The notes under the pieces were generated by a model that searched no databases, was not told where the DNA came from, and was given only the letters and a program-made list of their open reading frames with translations. The translations under genes were made by a program, and so were the position numbers. Positions 24,601 to 38,219 of a DNA stretch of 62,000 nucleotides are shown here, one piece after another. Source of the DNA: Acanthaster planci (lineage: Eukaryota); NCBI RefSeq assembly GCF_001949145.1, contig NW_019091404.1, forward strand, positions 2,976,001 through 3,038,000, read 5' to 3'. Position 1 is the stretch's first letter. The number at the start of each line of letters is the position of its first letter.

Positions 24601-25861
24601 TCAACGCTTACTTAACAGGAGAAAGATGGAAACCAAGACTGAAGAAAATACAATGTGTCTCTTGGGCAAAACTACACTCGAGCCGCTCTTTTTACTCTCA
24701 CTTAACGGAAAATCGTTATCGTAGCCCATGTCAAAATCTCCGAATTGAGGCAAGTCAATCGAATCAACAGGCCGCTGGTTCTGGTTTCCTGCCATCCCCA
24801 GGCCCGCTTCGCTCATGGGCCCGTACGGCTCAAGGCCCGCCCCGTCGATCACTTCGTCCTCGAAGACTGGCGGCACCGGTGGTACAGGTCGTTGACCCGG
24901 AACTCCCATGGGGAGCGGAGGGGGTGGAGGTGGCTGCTCATACGGTGGGGGTTGGGGAGGGAGGAATTGTTGCTGTCTGGGCGGTGGGGGTGGAGGCGGC
25001 GGAGGCTGCTGGCGCCCTGGTGGGGGCGGCGGTGGGGGTGGAGGCGGACGAGGCTGCTGGCGTCCTGGTGGGGGCGGCGGTGGTGGACGATTGTGCATGG
25101 GATTGGGGGGAGACGGAGCTGTGAAAAAAAGGGTACGATGTATGTATATTAAAGAGCAACCATACTTGCAGATCATCTGGGTCGGGAAGCGTGTGTCGAG
25201 AGCACCCTCTTGCTCTACTCTCAAAGATGGTCATTTGTGGGTTTTTTGTTTGGACCACCCCCCAAAAAAAACTGGCGCCATGGCTTCTGTCCTTTTTTTA
25301 AAAACTATATGACGTACAAAATGTATAGTGTTTCCGCCTGGCAAGTCCTACCATTTTGGCCCGCTCCGCGTTGTCCTGAGCACGGTGGGTTGGCCTGTCC
25401 GCATTCTTCATCGACTTGTAACATTTCGCCAGCACCACAGTTTCCACCGAAGCCTTCCCCACTCGCTGGTACGCAATCTCTCCATCGTGCACGCGCTCCT
25501 TTCCCACAGGTTTTGTCGCACGGGTCCCATTGTGACCACTCGCCCCAATGATCGCCCGGTGCGGCCGACACGCCGACCGTTGATTTGCCTGGTACGGTTG
25601 AATCTACCGACAACAAGAAATTCATGATGTTGTAGGGGTTCATGCGTCACATTTGCTAGGCTATTACATGCTGATTTTAAGGCGGATTCAGAAATGGGTC
25701 TAAGCCCAACGAGCAGGGGTAATAATCCATCATACGGTACCAGTCATTTTGGCCCTTTTGACAAATAAAGTCCAACGTAACCTACCTTGCAGAACGATAG
25801 CAACCAGCAAATATAACAGAGACGACCACATCACGCACCCACGTTTTCTTTGGTTGAACAT
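24601..25861 (-). CDS. Secreted, probably GPI-anchored protein: signal peptide - TSP1 - polyproline stalk - hydrophobic C-terminus (281 aa, 3 exons)
   Basis: Exons 25861-25786 (MFNQRKRGCVMWSSLLYLLVAIVLQG), 25603-25352 (TSP1 WGEWSQWDPCDKTCGKGARARWRDC), 25118-24601 (Pro-run/RQQ repeats; ends SGSS-VVLPKRH-IVFSSVLVSIFLLL-SKR*). Phase-1 GT-AG junctions, 846 nt. Confidence 0.85.
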
Positions 25862-26890
25862 TTTCTTGCAACGTTTCCTCTAAAATCAAATCAGCCCGGC
25901 AAATACAATTAAAGAAGTTGCTGAAATGCCTTCTGGAGTCATCATGCACATACAAAAAGAACACCAGTCATCATGCAAGAATAAAACAGAACTGGAATAC
26001 AAACACTTTGGTAGGCTCTGATGTGAAACAGAAAATTTCTTCTCTTATCGTACGCTACAATATTCTTCATAAACCAGCGCGCGCGTCGTGCTACGCGTAA
26101 CGCGCGCCCAAGAAGCCGGCGCAGATGCGCCATTAGGGGAGGCCCCGGCCGGGAAGTAAATTGGGAAAATTAACAGAAGCTAGTCGGTAAGGATTTGCGA
26201 GGTAAACTTTAGGGTGTGGTTAATTTTGGGACGCAGAATTATTATGGCATTGTTTTATGTAAATTTTCATCAAAATATGCAGAAAACGTCATCAATACTT
26301 TCCACCGTTGCCTGTTGCCCCTAAAATGTTGACACAGCTTGTGTCTGCATCCAATAACACGATCAAGAATAATAAAGGGGGCACACGAAACCCCCATTTT
26401 AAGATCAGGTTCGAAAGATAAAGGGAATAACAATAAATCACAAAGTTCAAGGCACCTCAACCTACTCAAACTTATTTTATTTACACAATTTAGCAGTCCT
26501 TACAAGCAAAATGGATGGGCTATCGAAATAGCTTCACAATGCATATTAAGAGCTGATCTAGAATAAGTGGAATTGCGGTGATAAACAACTGACAGGGCGA
26601 GACTCTATCAATCCTTTTTAATTTCTTGTATTAAAAGGGAGGGCAAAATCTTTATTAATTTTGGCGTTGGCTTGCTTTCACTTCCACTTGTTAACACCAA
26701 TGTAACAAGGAATATATTGTACTGAGGAAAGTTCAATAAAACAGATGAAACAGAGTGCTTTATTGGATTCTGTTTATTAACGTTCCTATGTGATATCAGC
26801 TTCAAGGCAGCAAGGGCAAAATGCTTCAAGTTGTATCCAGTCTTAATATCAGGTGACAGTCTTCAGGTGACTTGGTGACCATGTGATCTG

Positions 26891-29581
26891 TCATGTGACT
26901 TTCTCTTTGACTTTCTCCCGTTCTTTCTTCCTCTCCTGTTCTTCCAGTTTCCGGATTTCTTCCTTGAAGTGTGTGATCGTGTCTTTGCTCTGCTTCAGCC
27001 GTTCGTTCAGCTCCGTTATCTCAAATCGGATCTTCTTCCGGGCAGACTGGAGAGCAGTGACTGTCTTTTCCTCAAGTTCATTAACTGCAAGATTCGCACA
27101 TTTCCAGATCAGTTACGAAAGAAAAAGCACAAGATTTCTCTCATTATTACAGAGGCCAAGTTCACGTACTAACTTCTCAATGACAGTGATGACTACTCTG
27201 TCTTATCAATGAATGCCACAGATTTGTAGCAAACGAACCACCAAGTACACAATAGCACAGTAGATAGAAAGAAAAGCTTCTAACGTCTAGAAAATACTCG
27301 GTAAACGCAAGTTGTTGGACTTACAATCTGTCTCATGTTTGTGAGCCCCTAACGTTAGAACTCTGGAGCTGCAGAGAAGTTGTTGCATCATGGCAGTTGG
27401 GTCCTGGAAAATCTGGGAAAGGAAAAGACAAAGATGAAGTTCAAGCATGTTTGAAGAAGAAATTTTAATGCTGGCAAATCAAATATTTTTCTGTTATTGT
27501 TGAAGTAACATAATGTGATTACATGGGCTAGTGAAAGTCAAGGCCCTGTGCATAAATTGCACTTCCCAAAGACATCTGTCCATGAAACAATTGAACAGGC
27601 GTTTCATCTCATGAAATCTTACCATTTCATCATAGTGTTCTGAAACCAGAGTCTTTTTACCTAGGAAGAGATTCGTGTCCGTCTGGAAGAGCTTGAGAAA
27701 ATGATACAATGTGACCTGCGAACAAAGACAGAAGGATTTTTAATCTCGGCTCATTTAGGGATTGAATTTGTTTAGAGGTCTTAAGCCTACACAAATTTTC
27801 TGGCTGACAATTACATGTTAAGTGGATTGTTCAATCACTTACTGGTCTTTCGTTTGGATCCACAAAGAAGATCTTGATAATGATCTCAAACTCTCCCCAG
27901 CCTGTCTCCTGAACCTCGTAAGGTGGCTTCGTGACAACTGGTTCAAGAGAAAACGTGCGCGCGTGAAATATGAAAAGAATTGCTTGACAACTTGATGGAT
28001 TAAAAAACCGAGAAGCTTCAAATAGTTTACAAAAAAGAGCCATCAATCTGAAAAAATTCAAAATGATAAGTACGTGTATAAGGCTTTTTAAGTATCTGGT
28101 GAATGTCCAAGTTGTGTTGTCATGGGAACTTCTGAAGCACATTTTTTGACAAGTATTCAGGAGACTCTTTGTTTTTAGGTATTTTTGTCGACAAAATATT
28201 AAAAATACCAAAACTCCTTTAGCATTTAGCATGTGAAGAACTTGAAGGTTACACATTTATACAGACGTACCATGAGCTTTTTTGAATTCTGAGCATTTCT
28301 GAACATTTATTTCAATGTCAATGTACTTAATCACCACAATGCAAGATTCAGAATAAGAAAATTGATAACATGAAGGTCTACATTAAAACTAGCGAATGTT
28401 ACCGTAAATAAATACGACATGTAAAGGTAAGCACCGTTTGGCATTGAGTGAAGATTTTGTTACTGAAACCATTGGACAGACTAACAGCAATTTTACAAAG
28501 GGACAGAACAATAATATAACATTATATACAAGAGTACGGGACTAACGGTAGTCACATTTTTTGTAACATCAGTGCTGGGCTTTGCAAACTTAAACTGCAA
28601 GCATCCTTCATTCGAGGGTTAGGCTACTCACCTCTCAGTGGATTGGCATAACTCTCGTGCAGTTTAAACTGGATCTTTTTGACGTAAGTCGACATGTCCT
28701 GGAGGTGAAATAGAAACACCTTCAACTGAAACTTTGCATGATTGTCCAGGCAGCCTCAGAATGTGTCTGAAGCATTTAGAAACACAGTGCAGCTTGTGAC
28801 GCGACAACTTAACAAGGGTGGTTCTTGGCTGTATAATAAGAGTTTAGATTGAAACTACCGTCAACCACCACAAAGTGGCAGAAGTTTGGACTGAGTTTGT
28901 ACATCAACCAGCTTGAAGGTTTTCTACTTCAATCTCATTCTATTCTTCTTCAAATCCAATCTGGTCTGATTACGAGGACATCAATTAAAATGCAATTTCA
29001 TACATGACCAGTTTCAATTTGGAAAGCTATTCGGTTCTAACCAGTGGAGAAGTGTTACCTCATTTCGATGTGGCTTGACGTAGATTGTCCACTGATGAGT
29101 GTGTCCATCCTCTTCACGTTTCTTGCCGAAGTAGCGTGAGATATTGCCATAGACGATAGGCTTGACAAGATTTATGCCCTGTGAATTGAAATGTACCCAT
29201 AAAACAAATTTTATTGTTTTATTACTTTTGTCTTTCCTAAGCCCATCCCTTTGTGATGTACATTGTTGGCATGAATTAACAAAATAGTAGTAGGCCTACT
29301 CACGTTAAAGTGGCTTTTTTGTCAGTGTTTGCGCAATGTGACAATTGTCATCATTCAATTGTCATGACCACTGATGACTGCATATCATTATCAGTTTGTA
29401 TGCTTTACTCTACATTTGAAATAATGAATGGGGCTTCAATTCTTAGAATGCTAGCAAACAAAAATGTTCTAGTCAACAACTCACAAATATTATATTCTCA
29501 ATCAAAAGTGTATGACAATAGCGGTTATATTAATGTTCAAACCTTCACTCTACCGCCAGAATCGTGCCCATAGTCCGCCAT
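26891..29581 (-). CDS. YEATS4: YEATS domain-containing protein 4 (GAS41; NuA4/TIP60 and SRCAP subunit), 231 aa, 7 exons
   Basis: Exons 29581-29543, 29178-29059, 28698-28632, 27937-27843, 27715-27623, 27412-27325, 27084-26891 (696 nt). [14 protein letters not shown]...KPIVYGN...GHTHQW...[30 protein letters not shown] and a C-terminal coiled coil. Confidence 0.97.
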
Positions 29582-29790
29582 TTTGAGGCTGCTCTGAAAT
29601 GGAATAGCGCCCCCGTCCGGATCCATCGACCCAGCTAGGGACCGGGACTGACTACTTTATTATGACGCGGAAGCGCGAGCAAGACAGACTTTCATTGGTT
29701 CGTTGCGGAAAACGCCCAGTCAAAACCCACTAACAAGGCCAAGTTCAGACAGTGCAATGATTGGTTGGTGGACGGACAGCGCCCCTGTTC
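29582..29790 (-). promoter_or_regulatory. Putative YEATS4 proximal promoter
   Basis: CpG-rich stretch just upstream of the ATG, with two CCAAT boxes on the minus strand (attggtt near 29694 and 29760) and a YY1/Kozak-like AAAATGGCGG at the start codon. Confidence 0.45.
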
Positions 29791-31369
29791 GTCCCACCAA
29801 ATTTTGAAGCCATTTCTTGAACGTTATCTGAAAATTAGATGCTGTTTTAAAGAGTGACACACCAGCCACGATGTTCAGATTGCAATAGCTCTATGTTGCA
29901 GCCACCCAGTAGTTTATGTAAAATTTATTGATCTGCATATTAATTTCTTTTTCAAATGCATTTTACTGAAATAATGTAGTTAGTACAAGACGTTGAATTC
30001 TTTCGTTCCTCCATGCCCAATGCCCAAAATCTCTACCCTATCTCAAAAATTTATTCAATTTGATTTTGCAGAAAAAAAATAAATCCCACCAAATTTTAGT
30101 AAAAATGTAGAACGTTGTCCCCATTTAACCTGCATTTCAAAAAATCATACCATGACCTAAAATCGTACCTAAAAAATGACTAATGAGTCACGTTTTTAAG
30201 AAATGCAAACAGACAATATTAAATGATTTGCAATTATCATAATCAAGTATTGAAGTAATTTTAATCTTGTCATGAGCTAGCTCAGCCCAGATCACCCGAT
30301 TTTATACGCTGGCGGCCTGCCAAGTGGCGAACGAATCGCGTGACTTTACGTCATCATGAATATTTAATTTTTAGTCATTGATGAAAATGAAAAGCGTGTA
30401 CACAAAAAAAGCCTCGTGTGTGCACGCCAAACTAGACTACAAACTCCACATGGAGAATGCTGACGTATGAATTTTTCTTGACATGTCTGCCTACAATCCC
30501 AGCTTTTTTCTCCGAGAGTAAGGCAAGATATTTATCACCGACCTGACGTGTGTATGGTATGTACCTCGGTTTGGTTTATTATGTACTTTAAATGAAAATG
30601 AAGGCCGAGAAAAATGGAAAAATTGGGGGTTAAAATTTGTTGCCGTCGTTGTTAGAGCCGTGGGGGGCCGGTGCGTGGCGTGGTGTGGTACGATGTTTTT
30701 ATTGGACAGCATGGAATCTCATGATGTTGACGTTGGTTTAGCACGAGAACATGCTTAGAAAATACAGTAATGCATGCTCATCCCATTTCAACGAAAAGAA
30801 ATTGCGGAATAATTCAGAAATAAATGCAACATTGGCTACTTGGCATTTACACTGTCCTGTTGTGCATGGTCATAACACATTGGTCAAATCACTAAGAAGC
30901 TGAATTCTACGAGGGAAAAACCCTGCTGCTACAATTCTGACCTCTGCTTGCCGTAAATACTGTGACCTGGGACAAACGAAGATGACTCTAACATGGAGTA
31001 CATGTACAAACAGTAACATGTCTTCATCTCTCTCTGGAGAGATTTGCTGTTGTGCTCAGTGCAAAATACTCAAGTGTCTTAAGAATGTCATATAAAAAAC
31101 TTATGGATGTTTGTCGTCTGCTGTGTTGTAGAGAGAATTTTGTTCAACCGTGGAGGTTTGCTTCCTCCTGAAAAGTTCACTTTAGGAGGGAAAACACCAA
31201 GTTTACTGAGAAAACACGTGGTGTCCAGTGAGTGGCATCCGTACATGGAACTCTTTCCTTGTTTTTGTTTAATTTATGCAAAATTCCTGTTTGAACTTTT
31301 GTTTGGATCATGAGTTTCATTTTGCTTCAGTGTTCTTTCCTCTGATGGGAGCACAGCTAGGAAACATAC

Positions 31370-31912
31370 NNNNNNNNNNNNNNNNNNNNNNNNNNNNNNN
31401 NNNNNNNNNNNNNNNNNNNNNNNNNNNNNNNNNNNNNNNNNNNNNNNNNNNNNNNNNNNNNNNNNNNNNNNNNNNNNNNNNNNNNNNNNNNNNNNNNNNN
31501 NNNNNNNNNNNNNNNNNNNNNNNNNNNNNNNNNNNNNNNNNNNNNNNNNNNNNNNNNNNNNNNNNNNNNNNNNNNNNNNNNNNNNNNNNNNNNNNNNNNN
31601 NNNNNNNNNNNNNNNNNNNNNNNNNNNNNNNNNNNNNNNNNNNNNNNNNNNNNNNNNNNNNNNNNNNNNNNNNNNNNNNNNNNNNNNNNNNNNNNNNNNN
31701 NNNNNNNNNNNNNNNNNNNNNNNNNNNNNNNNNNNNNNNNNNNNNNNNNNNNNNNNNNNNNNNNNNNNNNNNNNNNNNNNNNNNNNNNNNNNNNNNNNNN
31801 NNNNNNNNNNNNNNNNNNNNNNNNNNNNNNNNNNNNNNNNNNNNNNNNNNNNNNNNNNNNNNNNNNNNNNNNNNNNNNNNNNNNNNNNNNNNNNNNNNNN
31901 NNNNNNNNNNNN
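31370..31912. other. Assembly gap (N run)
   Basis: Run of N. Confidence 1.
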
Positions 31913-32529
31913 CCCAGTAATTTATTCACATGAACCGCCAAGGTTTAAATTTCAAATGAGGGCGTGTATGAAAATTATATTTTATAAATGTGAAACTTGT
32001 GAAGATTATGTTGGATGATATCAATACACTTCTTTATTGTGCTTGTGGATTGTCACATTTTTATTAGCTGTTCAAATATTTCTGTCTAGGGGCCAACCCA
32101 ATTTACCAACGAGATACATGTGTGATAAAGATGAACAATATAGATTACATTGAAACATATTTACTCAGATTAAAGATAAAGTTAGATGCCTGTTTAGGAA
32201 GTTTACTGTTGATAAGAAAAGGGCTCACCTAAAATTACTTTGCCCAAAGTAAACAAATTGAGTACAGGCTAGTTGTACAACTTCCTGTGTTGACACTGGA
32301 TGTGGTTATGATGGCTAATTTCTGCTGGAAATGTTTAGTTGGTCCAGTCAGGGTTCATATCGGGATACCTTCAACTACATATATACGTGTAGGTATTTTT
32401 CCTTCCTCCATGATCCAATGTTTGCAAAAATATGGAAGAACCTTACACTTTACACATGAACTACATGTACATGCAGCAAAGATGGACCAAGTACTGTACA
32501 TACACTGTATGTTCCAAAACCTGTAGAAG

Positions 32530-32756
32530 TAGCGGCTTAGCTAGGATTTTACTAGTGGGGGGAGGGTTTGCACAAGGAGCACTGGCATCTTAATAATTAT
32601 TCTTATTGGGGGCACCAGCTTTCAGTGGTTTGTATTTCGGGGGAAGCTTTTGTTGTTAGCCTTGTTCAATATTCATTTTTTTGGTGGGGGGTGGGCACCG
32701 GGATTTTTTTTGGGGGGGGGTCATGTGCTCCCAGGCCCTCTGTGGCTATGCCACTG
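32530..32756. mobile_element. hAT-like MITE
   Basis: Exact 8-bp target-site duplication tgtagaag (32522-32529 and 32757-32764); imperfect TIRs tagcggcttagc / gctatgccactg. Confidence 0.75.
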
Positions 32757-34990
32757 TGTAGAAGATTGGTTCAGGATGAAAACAGAAACCCCCCCCAGTG
32801 TTAATTAATAGAACATGTACACATATTGGAACATTTCCTTCAAAATCACGTCTGCCAGCGTAAAAATTTTCTTTCTAAAATCAGCTCTTGCTCAATGGGT
32901 TTGATTTCACGCCCTTTTTATGTGTCTTTTCAAATGTCCTACATGTACTGACCTGTACATTAATCAAAAAGGTTTACATGTACTGAGAAATCGGCACATG
33001 TACATGTACATGCGGGACAAATTTGGTTGGAGTTGAATTGAAATACATGTTGGGAGTGTTTCAAACAGTTGTGCTGGTTGAAGATGCAATTGCTGATGCC
33101 ATAGCGGCAAACGAAAGCCTGACCCCCTGGTATATCTCTGGGGGTACAGCGCTCGGCACTGCACAAGCTGAAGGACTTAGCACTACAAATTACTTCTTCT
33201 GGCTAGGTTACTTCATTGTTTCTCACACAGAGAGCAATAAAGTCATGTATTCATAGTGCCACAGCACTGTATGGTACCTTGTCTTATCTGTTCTATTAAC
33301 TTCAAGCCCTTCTCAACATTTTGGTAATATTATGTAATAAAAAGGTGAGTGATTGTTTGCATTCAGTTGCCCCTAACATTTATGTTGATGTGTTGATAAG
33401 AAAAGTTCATCGTAGGTTACGGAATTGTAGATTTCAGAAGTTACTCTTACCTGTTGTTAAAAAAAAGTACATATCGTCAGATCCCTGAAAGATTCCGTCT
33501 GAAAATTAAAACTGGTGTCAGCAGTTGCCCATTATTTTAAAATATCCAGAGCTTTGCTCTACTTATTTTGGTCTTAGATTTTATGTTTGCACAAAATGTG
33601 AACTTTGGTGTCATTAGCCAAATGAACAGACGACAGGTACATGCACAAGTACTTTGTTACATGTACATGTAGTTCCTGATTTTATACATGTAAGTCTGTT
33701 AAGAGTCAGGCAGAGTCAGTCACACCTGATCTACTTTTGTTATTGTTTTATTACCCGGGGGGGGTAGGAAGATGAATTATTTATCATACTCCACTACCAG
33801 CAACCAGTACATACTGTGCATGCATGACCAGACAGGTGCAAGCAATTAGCGCAAATGAATCGCTTCATAAAAGGGGAAGGGGTAAGGAGTCTGATGTGAC
33901 GCCAAGAAGTTCTTGGAAATTTGCCAACTGTGATGGATACCTGCAACCGGACTGGACGTGGGGTGCAGTTTTCTCGACACCATTAATTTAATGCAGCAGA
34001 CTGTTTGCTTACTGAACATAGCGCTGTGGTTTATCAACTTGTGTCCCATGGATTGTGTGTTAACATGGAGGAGTTTGTGTCCTTCCTTCGTGGTGTTAAT
34101 GGGCATGGCTTCATGTGTACGTGTGGGTGTAAATCCCTTAGTTTTCAATGCTCTGCCCCAATTAAAAAAAACATTTATCTGTTAAATGGAGCGTGTGTCT
34201 TTTGAGGAAAAGTTGTTCATGTTACATGTACAATGCATACATGTACATTACACTCCCTTGAGCAAATTACAAGAGAATGAAAAGAGGCAGTGAGTGAAGC
34301 TTTCCACGAACTGACACATTTTTAGTGGTGTTTGTGCGTATTTTAGTTTTTTTTCCAAGTAATGTGTTTCAGTATGCATTCAGTGAGCAAGGATAAAGTT
34401 ATTAAGTTCATTACATTTATGACTCATGTGAATCGCGTGTGAAGACCTCCTGGCTTGCTTGCAGTTGCAGCGCCCTCATTGGGTGTGCACACATGCGCTA
34501 CATGTACACTGCATGTAAACCGCAGGTAGCACTCAGCATTGTGGTTTAGTGCAAATCACATGTAATCTTGTTGGATTAAGCATGGTTTTAAGGCCAATTG
34601 AACATCTTAACTATTTTTGGTGTCAAGCCACCCACTGTGACATTGAATATTTTGTCTGCCAGTTTAGGAGTATCTTTGTGACAAAATGCCACTCGTCACA
34701 CACTGCCTGAGACCGTCTCTACCCTGAAGTGGCTTACCATAATGCAGAAAAAGGCTCAAGCAGGCTTCCCCCCCACTGAACAAGTTGCCCTTGGTCATCT
34801 AATGACAGCCATGTCAGGAAATTTAGAATGGATTTGATGCTCATATCCTGTGACCAAGACTCACATGAAAGAGATGACGACATCGATTGATATAACTTGT
34901 GTTGTGGAGTTGAACAGGATGAGTTTATTTCTTACAAGTTAGTCATTGCTCTGGAGATCAAATTCAGTGTTACCTTCAGGAAGTCCAACA

Positions 34991-35721
34991 GGGGTCAGCT
35001 CGTAAGTCCGACGCCTCATAAGTCCGAAAAGTGTTTTAAAAAGTCCATAAGTCGACACCTCATATGGTAGATCTGATGCCTCGTAAGTTCGGCAAATGCG
35101 ATTAAAAGTTCCAACTTTTTTTTTTTGGCCCATGGCATAGATCCAACACCTCAAACAATCCTCAAAAGTCCGACGTTTGATTTGACGCTCATTACTAGCG
35201 TATGAAGACAGCACTAGGAATAAGACTGGTTCCCGGTGTCAAGTATGGTGTACTATTTATGACGCATGTACACTTTTAAGATTTCAAAAGTATTATAGTA
35301 AAAAAATGCTTTTATATTTAACCAAGTATGATACGTCATTCTTACACGTAGTGGTATTTTGGTTAAAATAAAATACTGGACCAGTGTACAAACTGTGCAA
35401 GTTGTCTGCTTGATTTAGTTTTCCTAACAGGGTCAGTACCGTGGGCATGAGTTGGGGACAAAGTTGAATCTTGCTCGCAGGCGACCCTTCGCACAGGCCT
35501 CGTACTCCTCCATGTTTCACAGTCAATTGCACTGATGCCTCATATTATGTCCGATGTCGGATTTATGCCGGCGTCAGACCGTTTTGTGGCATCGGAACTA
35601 TGAGGTTGAAAAAAAATTGCCCATAAATCCGACGCCTCATTATTCCGACGCCTCATAAGTCTGAAAATTCAGACTTTTGAGGCGTCGGACCCATGAGGCG
35701 TCGGCCTTAAGATATGCAGCC
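34991..35721. mobile_element. Non-autonomous DNA transposon with subterminal ataagtccgacgcctc repeats
   Basis: 8-bp direct repeat gtccaaca at 34983-34990 and 35722-35729; many copies of the (a/g)taagtccgacgcctc motif, inverted at the right end. Confidence 0.7.
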
Positions 35722-35792
35722 GTCCAACATATATCCCGCACATTCAAATGGAAGATTAGTTTAACTGTTGAAGTCAGTAGCATGAAAACGTT

Positions 35793-36264
35793 TAGGGCTG
35801 GGTCAATTCAAATAATTCACTGTTCGAATATTTGACCTTCAATTTGATTGGATATCTGACTATTCGGTCATACCGACCGGCAGATTGTTGATAAACAAAC
35901 CATATACAAAATCAGTTGCAATAATGCACACAATTGTACATTATGATCAATATAATAGTTTCTCACATCTAGGAGTATCTCCACCCATGATTTAGCATGA
36001 TTTAAGAGATGAACAATCTTTCTTGTTCTTGTTGAAAATTTCTGTTCCTTTTAAATTGTTTAATGAACAATTTTCTTTTTGAATCGCTGTAAGATTCCTC
36101 TCACTTTTCATTTGAATTTGCTTGAAACAAGCCTCCATAGTGTATTTTTTCTCATTTAAAACAAAAGGAAATTTGCCCTTTTTGTGAATTTTACATGCAA
36201 ATATTCAAATTCGGAAATAATATTCCATAATCGATTGAATATTTGGATATTTGGCACAGCCCTA
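35793..36264. mobile_element. hAT-like MITE
   Basis: Ends tagggctg...cagcccta; near-identical 8-bp flanks aaaacgtt / aaaacttt; internal gaatatt motifs. Confidence 0.6.
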
Positions 36265-37785
36265 AAACTTTTGCATCATCTTAATCAGAATTGCAAAATG
36301 GAGTCAATTAAAATCAAATCCAATTTATTTTAGGCATTTGAAACAGAACTATACACGTCTGTAATTCCAATTACCGTACTCAACCAGTAATATTACAAAG
36401 AAGCTACATGCATCATTCAAAATGTGAATGAAAATTTAAAGTTTGTGGCACTGACCCCCAAGGCGAGCCTTTGTTTTTGTTATTGTCAATCTGTACTTTT
36501 TATTTCAGTTTTTGGAAGCAGGTTGGCTTGAAAAAACAAGTAGCTTCTCTTTGTGTGTTTTTGTCTGTTTTTCTTCTTTGTTTCCTTCTAGTTGTGATTG
36601 TGAATACAAATGTATAGCCTATTCATGCTTTACCTGAAGACACATAAACAATCAGAGCAGATTTGTCATTTTTTTAGTCTGCAAATTTCATTGTGTGAGC
36701 CAGCTCACAATTAATTTTACATTACAAGTCTGCTAACCGAACTTGAAATGTAAACACTCCTAACAACTAACCCTGTAATTTCTAAGGACATGGAACTGTT
36801 GGAACTTCATAAACTGCACGAATGTGCTGGGTGCAGGTATTGTCAGACAACCTTGAACCAAGGAAAAAAAAATATTGTTGACCTGCTTGCGTTGACGTTG
36901 GGGGGGGGCTAGCATGTCAGTAATTATGGCACTTCACATGGCATTCACGTGGCATCTACATGTAGGTCACCTTCCCCTGACGTACATATGTACCGGTACA
37001 TGTACACTGTAGATTGAGACTGCAGGAGTTGAAAGAACACTTCTGAGGAAAACAGGTTTTCTCTTATTTTTAGAAGTGTTCTTTAAACCAACCCTAACAG
37101 TAGATTCTGAAAGGTGTTCAAAATATGAACAAAACGGAACAGTGGCAGGAATGCTTGGAATTTCTGGGAACGCATCCAGAAGCTGAAGCAGCTTGGGGCC
37201 CTTCTTATCAAATGTCTTCTATTCATGCACCTGTTGCAAACTGTTTTTTGTGATGTACATGTACTATTGTACACCCATAACCTTCAACAACTTTTTACTG
37301 AACCTTCTGGCACAATTCATGCTGCTTTCATTCCAGTGTTTTCCATTATTTTGATGGACGTTTTGCTGGGACCTGTTTGACTGAAAATAGAGCTGACGTG
37401 ACTTCATTTGTTTTTCTTAGACTGAGAAGTTTTAGATTTTCTGTTGGGGTAAAGAACAAGCACAGTCTTGGTTTTGTGCTGCCAGAAATAACACTTCCAA
37501 AAGAAATGAAGTGTGCTGTTATCGAGTAAAAAGTGAGGAATGTTGTTGATGTCAGAAGTTCTTTGCAAAATGTAACCAAAAATCCAGAACATGGTAATTT
37601 AATAAACATGTGTTTCCTACATCTAGGTTAGCGTATTAGTCATGACTGTGGTATACAGCAGTGTACTACACATGTGCACATAGGTTCAAATGGAGGCCAA
37701 CTTATGTTGGTGTTTAAAGTTACAGTCAAGGCAGTATCAGAACAGGCTTGTCCAAATCACTTGGCTGTGGCTTGAAATGTCATAT

Positions 37786-38058
37786 NNNNNNNNNNNNNNN
37801 NNNNNNNNNNNNNNNNNNNNNNNNNNNNNNNNNNNNNNNNNNNNNNNNNNNNNNNNNNNNNNNNNNNNNNNNNNNNNNNNNNNNNNNNNNNNNNNNNNNN
37901 NNNNNNNNNNNNNNNNNNNNNNNNNNNNNNNNNNNNNNNNNNNNNNNNNNNNNNNNNNNNNNNNNNNNNNNNNNNNNNNNNNNNNNNNNNNNNNNNNNNN
38001 NNNNNNNNNNNNNNNNNNNNNNNNNNNNNNNNNNNNNNNNNNNNNNNNNNNNNNNNNN
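37786..38058. other. Assembly gap (N run)
   Basis: Run of N. Confidence 1.
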
Positions 38059-38219
38059 GACTCTGGGGGAACTGGCCGTAGCCACTGCCATAAGGAGACT
38101 CCTTTGTACATTGACTCTTGGGGAACTGGCCGTAGCCACTGCCATAAGTAGACTCCTTTGTACATTGACTCTGGGGGAACTGGCCGTAGCCACTGCCATA
38201 AGTAGACTCTTGAGTACAT
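38059..38219. repeat. 54-bp minisatellite, about 3 visible copies, probably continuing into the gap
   Basis: Unit gactct(g/t)ggggaactggccgtagccactgccataag(g/t)agactcctttgtacatt starts at 38059, 38113 and 38167. Confidence 0.9.

Noticed and set aside
31276..31941. Long ORFs spanning N runs (also at 37.7-38.3, 43.3-44.2 and 52.7-53.0 kb)
   Set aside because: Artefacts of assembly gaps; only the 44029-44154 part is a real exon.
33044..33256. LicD/nucleotidyltransferase-like motif WYISGGTALG
   Set aside because: The following DxD motif is absent and no splice context was found; left as an unexplained ORF.
38059..38219. CRISPR-like or peptide-coding repeat array
   Set aside because: Units are contiguous with no unique spacers, the context is eukaryotic, and the open frames arise only because 54 is a multiple of 3.
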